From a virus (lineage: Duplodnaviria > Caudoviricetes), in IMG/VR virus record IMGVR_UViG_3300021373_002652, positions 4,332 through 68,331 of that record: a stretch of 64,000 nt of DNA; one strand, 5' to 3'. The notes under the pieces are model-generated. The model saw nothing but the letters and a program-made list of their open reading frames with translations. It searched no databases and was not told where the DNA came from. Shown here piece by piece: positions 38,998 to 47,635 of the stretch; position 1 is the first letter of the stretch, and each line of letters opens with the position of its first letter. The translations under genes and the position numbers were made by a program.

Positions 38998-39813
38998 CTA
39001 AATCATCCTAAATTTGTTATCGCCATCTAAAATAGATTTTACCACATCCCTACAACCTTCCATAAATTTAATTTCACCAACCCAATGGTCGTATGTTTTA
39101 TGGTTTAAGCTTTTTAAAGCAGATGCCTTTAATTTATGATATGTTATTAAATTACCAAAATGATATTGACAAACTATTAGAGAAGGTAACATTCCTTTTT
39201 TTCTAAATTCAAAAGAGGTATCTATTTTATTTAAATAAAAATCTTTAAGCTCATAGTAACCATCTAAAAGAATATCTTTAGTTTTTTGATTGTTAAATTT
39301 TATAAAACCAACGTTCCATGCAACCATATTGTGATAACTAAACTCTGGAATATATTTTTCAGTATCTGCATCTTTGAATATATCTAACATAGTATTATAT
39401 CCATTTTGCATATCGAATTTTTTACTAAGAGGACCGCCTTTTTTTGTTTCTTTATATTCAAACCAAACATCATCAGTATTTGGTGGTAGTTTTAATTTAT
39501 TTGTTAAAATGATATCACCATCAAATGTAACACAATCCAAATCATTATTCTTATGTATCCATATTTTTAAATCATCTAATAATTCAAATTGAATATTATC
39601 AATACAGATACAAGAATCATAATAACCATCAAGTTCTTTTATAGAAAGACTATCTCCGTAGAACCTAATTCCATATCCATACTTTTTCGCACGAATCATA
39701 GAAGCTTTATACATATCATATATGTATTTCTTATCAGTATGCCATGTGGTACGCATATCAGACTCTTCATCATACCAACCCATTCTATTATCGAAACTAT
39801 ATGTTAAAGTCAT
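38998..39813 (-). CDS. GT-A-like nucleotide-diphospho-sugar transferase-like protein (DUF6734-like)
   Basis: FYGD, TFDGDII (DxD), WNVGFI, Y.HW.G. Confidence 0.6.
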   Translation of the reverse strand: MTLTYSFDNRMGWYDEESDMRTTWHTDKKYIYDMYKASMIRAKKYGYGIRFYGDSLSIKELDGYYDSCICIDNIQFELLDDLKIWIHKNNDLDCVTFDGDIILTNKLKLPPNTDDVWFEYKETKKGGPLSKKFDMQNGYNTMLDIFKDADTEKYIPEFSYHNMVAWNVGFIKFNNQKTKDILLDGYYELKDFYLNKIDTSFEFRKKGMLPSLIVCQYHFGNLITYHKLKASALKSLNHKTYDHWVGEIKFMEGCRDVVKSILDGDNKFRMI

Positions 39814-40721
39814 AAGATTGTTTTTGGTTTACTAATATTTTTAATTTGTAAATTAATATCTTTTAGAAACAAACTTTTTTTATTTTTATTTTTTAGTAAC
39901 TCAGATTTTTCTAACCATACATGATAGTATTTTAAATCTATAACATCTGAGTTTTTATAGTACATCTTATGAGGTACTATTCCATATTTTATTTCTTGCT
40001 GTATTCTCTCACCATCTTCTATGTACATGAATGGTTCTAAACAAGCTACCTTTGATTTTAATTTTCTAAAAGTAAATGGTAATATTCCTTGGTCTGCCAT
40101 TAACCAAATTGATTCATCTACTTTAGTTAAATTTTTATTGTAAATTATAGATTCATGTAGTTTCCAATATTCAGATAATAAAGTTGTATTATTTATATAT
40201 AAAAAACTTGTATTGGGATATAACATACCAGTATAGTAGTATGGTAGGTTTAGTGATTTTAGTTTTGACTCATCTACATAAAATTTATTTCTTTGTAATT
40301 CCCATTGAGTATGCACACAATCATATTTTTTAAACTCATCTATGTTAAAATAATCTTTTACAATAAAATCTAAATCTAAAAAAGTAAAGGGTTCTGTTTG
40401 ATTACATATTACATATGTTTTACCACTTGTCCAAAAATATCCTTTATTAAAATTTAATTTATTAAACTCGTTTAACAAAGTAATATCAACATTATCGTAA
40501 TAGTCAACTAATCCAAGTTTTGATAAATAATCAAATCCATTTGTATCTGTATATAATGTTGTTTCCCCAACATATTTTTTTGCACTTAATGCAGATAGTT
40601 TTTGGATTTCTATTTCAAAATCATGTAGTTTAATTATTTCTTCTGGATTTCTATCTTTATTATATCCTTTTGATTCAGAAGAAAACATAGGTTCTGACCA
40701 GAATACAAAAATAGATTTCAT
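39810..40721 (-). CDS. GT-A-like nucleotide-diphospho-sugar transferase-like protein (DUF6734-like)
   Basis: LYTDTNG, FWTSGK, EPFTFLDLDF (DxD), PNTSF, ADQ, YYHVW. Confidence 0.65.
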   Translation of the reverse strand: MKSIFVFWSEPMFSSESKGYNKDRNPEEIIKLHDFEIEIQKLSALSAKKYVGETTLYTDTNGFDYLSKLGLVDYYDNVDITLLNEFNKLNFNKGYFWTSGKTYVICNQTEPFTFLDLDFIVKDYFNIDEFKKYDCVHTQWELQRNKFYVDESKLKSLNLPYYYTGMLYPNTSFLYINNTTLLSEYWKLHESIIYNKNLTKVDESIWLMADQGILPFTFRKLKSKVACLEPFMYIEDGERIQQEIKYGIVPHKMYYKNSDVIDLKYYHVWLEKSELLKNKNKKSLFLKDINLQIKNISKPKTIL

Positions 40722-41455
40722 AATAATTTATTTTTAGAAACTTTACTTGCGTGTAAGTTAAAGTTAATTACAGCTCTTTCTGATTTACCATAAAAGGGCT
40801 TTACTGAATGTACTATATCAGATGGCCATATTATTAACATTCCCTTTTTTGGTCTAATCATGTATTGTCTATCTCGTTCATGAAAAGCAAATACACCACT
40901 ATATGGATGGTCTGGTAATGGTTCACCATCACTCAAATAATATCCTCCACTAAAAGATAAATTCGTTTGTTCATCTTTACTCCAACGAGAATGATTGTGT
41001 TGGTTGTGTCCTAACCCACTTGTTGGTTTATAATATTGTAACCAACTTTCTGTTATTATTGATTCTTTTACGATGATATCAAAATCAAGAGAGTTTATTA
41101 AGTTTTTAAATCCTAATTTTATTCTATCAACAACATCTAAAACACAATCTTCAGTTCTATTTAAAAAATCATTTGGAGGGGTAAAGAACCTACTACCTAT
41201 TGGCATTTGAGAATCGGATTCTACCCAATTTTCTTTTCTATCATAATTTATATTGTAATAACTATATCTCTCATCATCATATTTTTCTGGTAGTTCTTGG
41301 CCCATTTTTTGTTGGCCTTCTGATAATACTTCCTTCCCTAAAGAAAATAATTTATCTGATAACTCATCATCATATTGTTTTATGTAGAGTGGGATTGGTG
41401 CAAGATAAAAAATATTATCTTTATCTGAAGAATAGTAACCTTTATTAAAATACAT
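40718..41455 (-). CDS. 2OG-Fe(II) oxygenase
   Basis: ESW..Y, QHNH, SGGYY, LIIWPSDIVHSV, RAVINFN. Confidence 0.85.
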   Translation of the reverse strand: MYFNKGYYSSDKDNIFYLAPIPLYIKQYDDELSDKLFSLGKEVLSEGQQKMGQELPEKYDDERYSYYNINYDRKENWVESDSQMPIGSRFFTPPNDFLNRTEDCVLDVVDRIKLGFKNLINSLDFDIIVKESIITESWLQYYKPTSGLGHNQHNHSRWSKDEQTNLSFSGGYYLSDGEPLPDHPYSGVFAFHERDRQYMIRPKKGMLIIWPSDIVHSVKPFYGKSERAVINFNLHASKVSKNKLL

Positions 41456-41614
41456 TTACGAATGTTTATCTAAAACATAAGAGAAAAAATTGCTCATGAT
41501 TCTATTAACTTCTGTTTTTTCTGCAGAAGATACAGAAACAGTATACGAACCACTATGATGATTATCAATTGATTTGTAAATTAATTTCTTTATGTCATTT
41601 TTCTGTATAGCCAT
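41456..41614 (-). CDS. 52-aa peptide (not in track)
   Basis: Hand translation MAIQKNDIKKLIYKSIDNHHSGSYTVSVSSAEKTEVNRIMSNFFSYVLDKHS; fills the gap between two genes exactly. Confidence 0.65.
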   Translation of the reverse strand: MAIQKNDIKKLIYKSIDNHHSGSYTVSVSSAEKTEVNRIMSNFFSYVLDKHS

Positions 41615-41618
41615 TTTT

Positions 41619-43328
41619 TTATGTCGAGGGTTTTAGTTTATTGTTGTGTACAATTGCAGATAAACTTGTTTGTACTTGTCCTTCTGTATCATTTGCCAAT
41701 ACATAGTTATCTTCTGTTTCAACATCTATTTCATGAAACGAACCTGTGTTAACATTTAAGATATGAACACTTGAAGTTAAAATTGGAATTAGGTTAGAAT
41801 TATCATCAAAGAAATAATGGTCATCTTCATTTATAGCTACAACATTTTTAAATTTAAATTCATTAGATGAACTTTCGTATATTAATGCAATAACATCAGT
41901 TGACATATAGTTTGATTCATCACTACCACTAACTCTTAACTCATATATTATATGGTCTGTCATTTCATGAGTATAAGGGTCTGATACTACAAGTGATGAG
42001 GTATATGAAGAATTAGCAGGTAGAGTAGGACCAGATACAGAAACGTTCATGAAGTGTGCACTTAAATCTTCATCATCTGTAATATTAGGTATATAAAATG
42101 ATTTTACAATAGAACCACTTATCACATCTTCAATATCAACAAGGTCTCCACTTGCTGATACAAGAGTTTCAGTTTCATATATACCTCTTTTTACTCTTCT
42201 TTCTTTTATATAGGAAGTTGAAAACTCATGATAATGTTTTTGAGTATAGTGCTCATCATCAGTAAATGTAAAATCAAAATCAGCATAAGTTGGTAATTGT
42301 AATACACTCTTTCCAGATACAGTTCCCAATGGTAAGTGATTCAACTCAGAACCATATACAATACCATAATGTCTTAATGAAGTTACATGATTATCTACAA
42401 TAGAACCAGTACCATATAGAAAATTAGTATAGTAAACATGAGAATCTAATTCTGAGTTACTTATGAAATCATTAATACGAGATTCATCATACTGAGAACC
42501 CGTTTCTATACTTCCTTGAACCCATACATAATTTGGTTGTAAATCAGGATTTGGATTATACTCACCAGTATCAACATCTTCCCAATATAAAGGTTCATAT
42601 CTACCACCAAGTAAAACATGAGTACCTGTAACTTCTTCCGAAGCAGATACAAAACTACCATCTACTAATCCATGAGTACCCACAATTGTAGCATTATTAT
42701 AATAACTACCAGATATTTTAACATGAGTAGGATTTGAACCAGTAACAAATTCTCCGTCTTTACGATGTCCTCTTACTTTTAAAAATGAAACTGTACTAAT
42801 TGACCATTGATTTTTTAAAACAATATCAGGATAAATACCAGGATTTGTTTTTCTTTCTAAAGTATCAACAACCATATCAGATGAAGAAATGTAAAACGGT
42901 GCACAATCACTCGAAGCGGTATATTCATTAAATAGTGATAATGAATTTACATCATGTTTAGCATATACAGAATCTACAACCGCGTTTTCATCATACGCCA
43001 TTCTAAGAATAAACTTATTACTTGCATCTGAAACTGATGTTGGGTATATTGTATCTGCAGATTCTTCATGTTCTACCCAAGTTGTAATAAAAGATGCGTT
43101 ATCTCTAATACTTTCTGAAATGTGATTTACAATCGCTTTCTGAAATTGAGGTTTATATATTACTTCAAATGTATCTATTGATTGGCTTTGTAATAAAGAT
43201 ATTAAGCCCGTATAATCTAATCCATTATCGAGTACATTAAATACATCAGTAGTATCAGTATTAAGTTCTAAAAACTTTATACCGTTATCTGTTTTTACGA
43301 AATCAGCTGAGAAAAATGTTCCCTTCAT
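41619..43328 (-). CDS. Circularly permuted ATP-grasp-like protein fused to a C-terminal Hint-like domain
   Basis: N-terminal SADF..GIKFLELNTDT, then LRMAYD, PDIVLK, SLRHYGIV; C-terminal GIYETETLV..DIEDV..G..VKS ... HEIDVETEDNYV..IVHN. Confidence 0.6.
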   Translation of the reverse strand: MKGTFFSADFVKTDNGIKFLELNTDTTDVFNVLDNGLDYTGLISLLQSQSIDTFEVIYKPQFQKAIVNHISESIRDNASFITTWVEHEESADTIYPTSVSDASNKFILRMAYDENAVVDSVYAKHDVNSLSLFNEYTASSDCAPFYISSSDMVVDTLERKTNPGIYPDIVLKNQWSISTVSFLKVRGHRKDGEFVTGSNPTHVKISGSYYNNATIVGTHGLVDGSFVSASEEVTGTHVLLGGRYEPLYWEDVDTGEYNPNPDLQPNYVWVQGSIETGSQYDESRINDFISNSELDSHVYYTNFLYGTGSIVDNHVTSLRHYGIVYGSELNHLPLGTVSGKSVLQLPTYADFDFTFTDDEHYTQKHYHEFSTSYIKERRVKRGIYETETLVSASGDLVDIEDVISGSIVKSFYIPNITDDEDLSAHFMNVSVSGPTLPANSSYTSSLVVSDPYTHEMTDHIIYELRVSGSDESNYMSTDVIALIYESSSNEFKFKNVVAINEDDHYFFDDNSNLIPILTSSVHILNVNTGSFHEIDVETEDNYVLANDTEGQVQTSLSAIVHNNKLKPST

Positions 43329-43351
43329 ATTGTACGTTTCCTTTTACTTTA

Positions 43352-43359
43352 TATAAATA
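43352..43359 (-). promoter_or_regulatory. Putative late promoter TATTTATA
   Basis: 24 nt upstream of the gene starting at 43328, before an AAGGA RBS. Confidence 0.55.
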
Positions 43360-43366
43360 TACTAAA

Positions 43367-43756
43367 CTAAAGTTTTATAGTTTTAGTTACAGATTGTCTC
43401 TGTCTTTGTCTTTTAATGAAGTTAGTTTTATACTTACTAACAAGGCTACACGCTTCATAGTTTTCTTTCTTTTCAAAAAACTTTGTGGCAATATCATAAA
43501 CTTCCATATACTCATCTTCCTTGATTAATATTGCATTTCCAGCGTTAGGATGAACAATTAATACAATTTTCTTTCTACCATTTTTATTAGCAAAGTTTAC
43601 AGCTCGTGTAAGTTCAGTAAATACTTGATTACCTCTTGATTCAAGAAATCGTTTTATCCTTGGATTATCGGAATCTTCAATAAGATATTTCCTCCAATCT
43701 ACTGTATTGAGTAATTGTGGTGTCATTATATTCTCTCCCATTTGTTTCTTTTCCAA
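43367..43756 (-). CDS. Hypothetical protein with UVR-like C-terminal helix
   Basis: ENYEAC motif; start may be MTPQ at 43726. Confidence 0.55.
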   Translation of the reverse strand: MEKKQMGENIMTPQLLNTVDWRKYLIEDSDNPRIKRFLESRGNQVFTELTRAVNFANKNGRKKIVLIVHPNAGNAILIKEDEYMEVYDIATKFFEKKENYEACSLVSKYKTNFIKRQRQRQSVTKTIKL

Positions 43757-44460
43757 ACAAAGCCATCACGAACTTCAAATGGATATCTACCTCTTCCCGA
43801 TGGTGATGTTCCTGTTTGTTCATTTCTTCTTCCAAAAAGACCTCTTCCACTTCTTCTTCTTCCACCTCCACTACCACTGTTAGAAATACTATTAGAATTG
43901 ATTCTCGGATATAATTTACCTTGAACTCTTCCTGCACTATATCTACTTCTTGATATTATTTTCCAAGCTGTACCATCCCACTCCTGATATGTTCCACGAC
44001 TAAATAAGGTTCTATTTGGATTTCTACGAACATCACCTCTTGATGGTCCTGATGTTGGTGGTGTTGGTGGTGGTGTTGATGTTGTTGTAGTTGAGTCTGC
44101 AACTGTTTCAACCACCGGAGTTGCTGTTTTTACACTTTGGGGAGGTGTTGTTTCTCTTGAAGGTTCTTGTACTTGTTCTTTTTCTTCTGGTGTTGGGATT
44201 TCTTGAGGAATGATTGAAAGGGTTCTCAATGAAGCGGCGGATGAGATTGATTCTTTATCTGCAGCTCCATATATTCCATTACCATTACCATCATGATTTA
44301 TTAGATAAGTGCAAAACTTATCAATACTTGGTGTACTTGAAATCTCATGATTTACTGTTACAGAGGCAATTTTTTCCTTTTCAGCAAATTGTTTATAGTA
44401 ATTTACTAATGAAGGAGCAATACTTTTTAGTATATCTGGATATTTACTTGAAAAACTCAT
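43726..44460 (-). CDS. Hypothetical late protein with Pro/Thr linker and Arg/Gly-rich tail
   Basis: 244-aa ORF; TATTTATA at 44466-44473. Confidence 0.6.
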   Translation of the reverse strand: MSFSSKYPDILKSIAPSLVNYYKQFAEKEKIASVTVNHEISSTPSIDKFCTYLINHDGNGNGIYGAADKESISSAASLRTLSIIPQEIPTPEEKEQVQEPSRETTPPQSVKTATPVVETVADSTTTTSTPPPTPPTSGPSRGDVRRNPNRTLFSRGTYQEWDGTAWKIISRSRYSAGRVQGKLYPRINSNSISNSGSGGGRRRSGRGLFGRRNEQTGTSPSGRGRYPFEVRDGFVWKRNKWERI

Positions 44461-44485
44461 ACTACTATAAATATAAAGATATGAA

Positions 44486-44647
44486 TTACTTGATATTTAA
44501 TCTATTAAAAGCTTTTTCAATAGAACCATCAAAATCTAATGTTCTATCTTGTTCTCTTAATTGTTTAGATAAATCAAATACTTCATCTCTAATTCCAAGT
44601 GAATGAGATTTGTATAATATTTCTTCGGTAAATTTGGATGTTGTCAT
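44486..44647 (-). CDS. Small hypothetical protein (53 aa, not in track)
   Basis: Hand translation MTTSKFTEEILYKSHSLGIRDEVF... Confidence 0.55.
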   Translation of the reverse strand: MTTSKFTEEILYKSHSLGIRDEVFDLSKQLREQDRTLDFDGSIEKAFNRLNIK

Positions 44648-44661
44648 AGTGATTATAAGTA

Positions 44662-45120
44662 TTACAACCCACCATATTCATCATCATAAAACTGAATATT
44701 TATTCCAGCTTCTTCTAACATTGAGAAACTTCTGTGGTAGTTTTCTTCCCAATGGTCTCCTTTAGTAGTAACACCTCTTTCACAAAAGATTCTTGTGATA
44801 CCAGCATTTATGATTCCTCTTGCACAATCTGAACAAGGAATTCCACAACTAAGATACATAGTAGTTCCTTTAGTAGATACTCCTATTCTTGCTGCGTTGT
44901 ATATCGCATTTCTTTCAGCGTGTTCAAACCAATAATACTTCTCTGGTCTTTCCTGTCTTTCTTTTAGATTATCTTGTAATCCTCTTGGGAATGAGTTGTA
45001 TCCAGTAGATACAATTTCTTTATCCTTACCAACAATGATTGCACCAATTTGTGTGTTTACATCTTTGGATTTAAGTTTGACTGTGTGAGCCAATGTTCTA
45101 AAGTATTCTACCCATCTCAT
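44662..45120 (-). CDS. dCMP deaminase
   Basis: STGYN, HAERNAI, PCSDCAR. Confidence 0.93.
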   Translation of the reverse strand: MRWVEYFRTLAHTVKLKSKDVNTQIGAIIVGKDKEIVSTGYNSFPRGLQDNLKERQERPEKYYWFEHAERNAIYNAARIGVSTKGTTMYLSCGIPCSDCARGIINAGITRIFCERGVTTKGDHWEENYHRSFSMLEEAGINIQFYDDEYGGL

Positions 45121-45129
45121 ATTATATAA

Positions 45130-45330
45130 TTATAATTGTTCCCAATTTGCTTCTTGTATTTCTTCACAAAACCAATAATCTCTACCCTTTACTTTAAATG
45201 CGGTATCAACCCCTAACCATTCTTTTATCATGTTTACGTTCTTACATCGTTCTACTGATATAATAGCATGAATCAAATATGGTCTATGATTTATATATTC
45301 TATCGGTCTTTTATATGAAGGAAAAATCAT
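45130..45330 (-). CDS. Hypothetical protein
   Basis: 66-aa ORF. Confidence 0.55.
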   Translation of the reverse strand: MIFPSYKRPIEYINHRPYLIHAIISVERCKNVNMIKEWLGVDTAFKVKGRDYWFCEEIQEANWEQL

Positions 45331-45341
45331 AATTTATTTAG

Positions 45342-45415
45342 AGCCTTTGGAGGGACTCGAACCCACGACCTGTTGATTACAAATCAACTGCTCTAGCCAG
45401 CTGAGCTACAAAGGC
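45342..45415 (-). tRNA. tRNA-Thr(UGU)
   Basis: GCCTTTGTAGCTCAGCTGGCTAGAGCAGTTGATT-TGT-AATCAACAGGTCGTGGGTTCGAGTCCCTCCAAAGGCT. Confidence 0.95.
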
Positions 45416-45428
45416 AATCCGTTATTAG

Positions 45429-45908
45429 TTATCCAATATGTTTTTTAACTTTGGAATTACCAAGTAGTAAATAGAAACTCCATACTAATGATACCAATAA
45501 AAGTACTATGTAAATAGGACTTTCTAAAGGACTTACAAATTGTGAAGGGTTTTCAATATCTAACCCATTCCCACTATTAGGATTCACCGCTTCTAATACA
45601 AACGATAATACAAATGTTAGTACTGTTAGTAATGTTGCTTTGTTAGGAAAGAATGCGTTGATTCTTTTATAAGTTGTTGCTAGTGAAAACCATATCATTG
45701 GTATAACTAATAACGCTCCTAATAAAACAAGAATACCAGCTAAAAGTGGATTTCCATCTGCTCCTAATATTCCTATTCCAACTCCAATAAGGATTCCGAT
45801 TGGAATAATGAATAATAGTAATGCTAATCCTCTAAGGAAATAATCTGTTCCATTAATGGTATTTTTAAATTGAAAGTACTTACCAAACTTCTCTTTTAAA
45901 TATTTCAT
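45429..45908 (-). CDS. DUF805-like membrane protein
   Basis: YFQFKNTINGTDY, SLATTYKRI, several TM helices. Confidence 0.7.
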   Translation of the reverse strand: MKYLKEKFGKYFQFKNTINGTDYFLRGLALLLFIIPIGILIGVGIGILGADGNPLLAGILVLLGALLVIPMIWFSLATTYKRINAFFPNKATLLTVLTFVLSFVLEAVNPNSGNGLDIENPSQFVSPLESPIYIVLLLVSLVWSFYLLLGNSKVKKHIG

Positions 45909-45960
45909 AATTGTGTTTTAAAATCAGTAGTTATTACTACCATTATGACTCATGTCATTG

Positions 45961-46034
45961 TGGAGGATATCGGATTCGAACCGATGACCCCTACGGTGCA
46001 AGCGTAGTGCTCTAGCCAACTGAGCTAATCCCCC
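45961..46034 (-). tRNA. tRNA-Ala(UGC)
   Basis: GGGGGATTAGCTCAG...CTACGCT-TGC-ACCGTAG...GTTCGAATCC; G3:U70 pair present. Confidence 0.95.
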
Positions 46035-46048
46035 ATTAATTTATTTTG

Positions 46049-46122
46049 CGGTCTGGACGAGACTCGAACTCGCGACCCCCTGCGTGACAGGCAGGTATTC
46101 TAACCAACTGAACTACCAGACC
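46049..46122 (-). tRNA. tRNA-Asp(GUC)
   Basis: GGTCTGGTAGTTCAG...CCTGCCT-GTC-ACGCAGG...GTTCGAGTC. Confidence 0.95.
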
Positions 46123-46228
46123 AAAAAAACTAAATATGTTAAGGTGCGGTCAATTATGATTCACAGTCCTATAAAGAGTATTCTTACTTAACTTCTGCAG
46201 AAGTGATACTCAACGCTATTTAGTTTTT
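46123..46228 (-). ncRNA. Candidate structured RNA between tRNA-Ser and tRNA-Asp
   Basis: 12-bp terminal inverted repeat enclosing two internal stems. Confidence 0.35.
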
Positions 46229-46314
<86 letters not shown>

Positions 46315-46333
46315 TACCTTTAGTGTATCCAAT

Positions 46334-46504
46334 CTACTTTTGTTTTGTAAGGAAAGTAGCTCCAATCATAAAAATTAAACTAATAGAACCAAACGCTTCC
46401 AACCAAGATAATTGTATTGTTGGATTGAAGTTTAAATTTAAACTCCAAATTAATGTTGATAATAATGTTAATACGATTATTCCTTTTACTATATCTTTAT
46501 TCAT
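46334..46504 (-). CDS. Small two-TM protein (56 aa, not in track)
   Basis: Hand translation [22 protein letters not shown]...FLTKQK. Confidence 0.5.
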   Translation of the reverse strand: MNKDIVKGIIVLTLLSTLIWSLNLNFNPTIQLSWLEAFGSISLIFMIGATFLTKQK

Positions 46505-46505
46505 A

Positions 46506-46853
46506 TTAAAAATTTTGTCTTAGTGCAAAAAAGTCATCTCTCATTTTTTGAATTTCTTTGATTATTGTATCATTGGTAGGTGGAATCTTTTTTATTATTT
46601 GATTCGTAAGTTTATCCATTCTCGATTTTAACTGACCTCTTAAATCAGTTTCTACATCTCTAAATGTTTGATGTGTATCTTCGAGTTCCCTATCTACTCT
46701 TTGATTAATATCTCTATCGAGTTTTATAATCGTTGTTTCAGTATCCTCTAAATAGGATTCTAAATAATCTAATCTTTCCTTTTGTCTATAAATTTGAAAA
46801 GCAAGAAGTATAACTGATATTCCTAAGAATACTATTGATATTGATGTAAGCAT
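46506..46853 (-). CDS. Membrane-anchored coiled-coil protein
   Basis: N-terminal TM plus coiled coil. Confidence 0.6.
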   Translation of the reverse strand: MLTSISIVFLGISVILLAFQIYRQKERLDYLESYLEDTETTIIKLDRDINQRVDRELEDTHQTFRDVETDLRGQLKSRMDKLTNQIIKKIPPTNDTIIKEIQKMRDDFFALRQNF

Positions 46854-46875
46854 AATTTTATAATTTAGTAGTTAG

Positions 46876-46947
46876 TAGCCCGTAGGGGAATCGAACCCCT
46901 CTTACCAGGATGAAAACCTGGCGTCCTAGCCGATAGACGAACGGGCC
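46876..46947 (-). tRNA. tRNA-Glu(UUC)
   Basis: GGCCCGTTCGTCTATCGGCTAGGACGCCAGGTT-TTC-ATCCTGG...GTTCGATTCC. Confidence 0.95.
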
Positions 46948-46951
46948 ATTT

Positions 46952-47269
46952 TTAAGATTCTTCTTCATCCTCATCTTCAAACTCTTCTAATCTAAGAAAT
47001 ATTTCTTCTTGATTTTTATCGAGTTGTTCGATGTTACGATAAATTCCTTCATTTATATTATCGTGTTTTTTATCTAATGATTCTATTGACTTTTCTATCT
47101 TAGTAACCCTTTCTTCTATTTCATCAATAGAACTGGTATATTCTTCGATTTCATCAAGTGTTTCATTTGTTTCTTTTTTTATCTTTGATATTGTTTTTAC
47201 AGAGTATATAACTCCAACAATCGATAATGTAATAACTACACCTAAGCCAAATGTTATAAATGTTTCCAT
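46952..47269 (-). CDS. Membrane-anchored coiled-coil protein
   Basis: N-terminal TM plus acidic coiled coil; same architecture as 46506..46853. Confidence 0.6.
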   Translation of the reverse strand: METFITFGLGVVITLSIVGVIYSVKTISKIKKETNETLDEIEEYTSSIDEIEERVTKIEKSIESLDKKHDNINEGIYRNIEQLDKNQEEIFLRLEEFEDEDEEES

Positions 47270-47289
47270 GTATATAAGTATATATTAGT

Positions 47290-47475
47290 TTAATAATCAT
47301 CATCAGAGAAATCACTCCACTTACGTTTGTGTTTCCCTTTTCTGTTATATTCTTTTTGTGATTTGTGAACTTTCTCAGTAGTTTTTTTGCCGATGTGGTG
47401 AGATGCTTCACCATAACTCATATCATCCCAACTTAACTTCTCTTGATAGTTGTTCTTTTTCTTTTGTTTCTTCAT
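47290..47475 (-). CDS. Small basic protein
   Basis: KVHKSQKEYNRKGKHK. Confidence 0.55.
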   Translation of the reverse strand: MKKQKKKNNYQEKLSWDDMSYGEASHHIGKKTTEKVHKSQKEYNRKGKHKRKWSDFSDDDY

Positions 47476-47635
47476 TACTTATCAATTCCATATGATATCC
47501 AACTTCTCTATTTCTAAGGTATTGTTGTTCTGTCCATTCAGGTGTCCTATCTGTAACAAACTCAATACTATAAGGAGAATCTCCTCTTCCCATTGTTCCA
47601 CCAGGTGGAGTTATTTTATATATCAGTTTTTTCAT
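47423..47635 (-). CDS. Hypothetical protein
   Basis: TDRTPEWTEQQYLRNR. Confidence 0.55.
   Translation of the reverse strand: MKKLIYKITPPGGTMGRGDSPYSIEFVTDRTPEWTEQQYLRNREVGYHMELISNEETKEKEQLSREVKLG

Noticed and set aside
41643-42185. Classical splicing intein
   Set aside because: No Cys/Ser at position 1, Asn at +1, only 7 residues follow and there is no homing endonuclease; kept as a Hint-like finding instead
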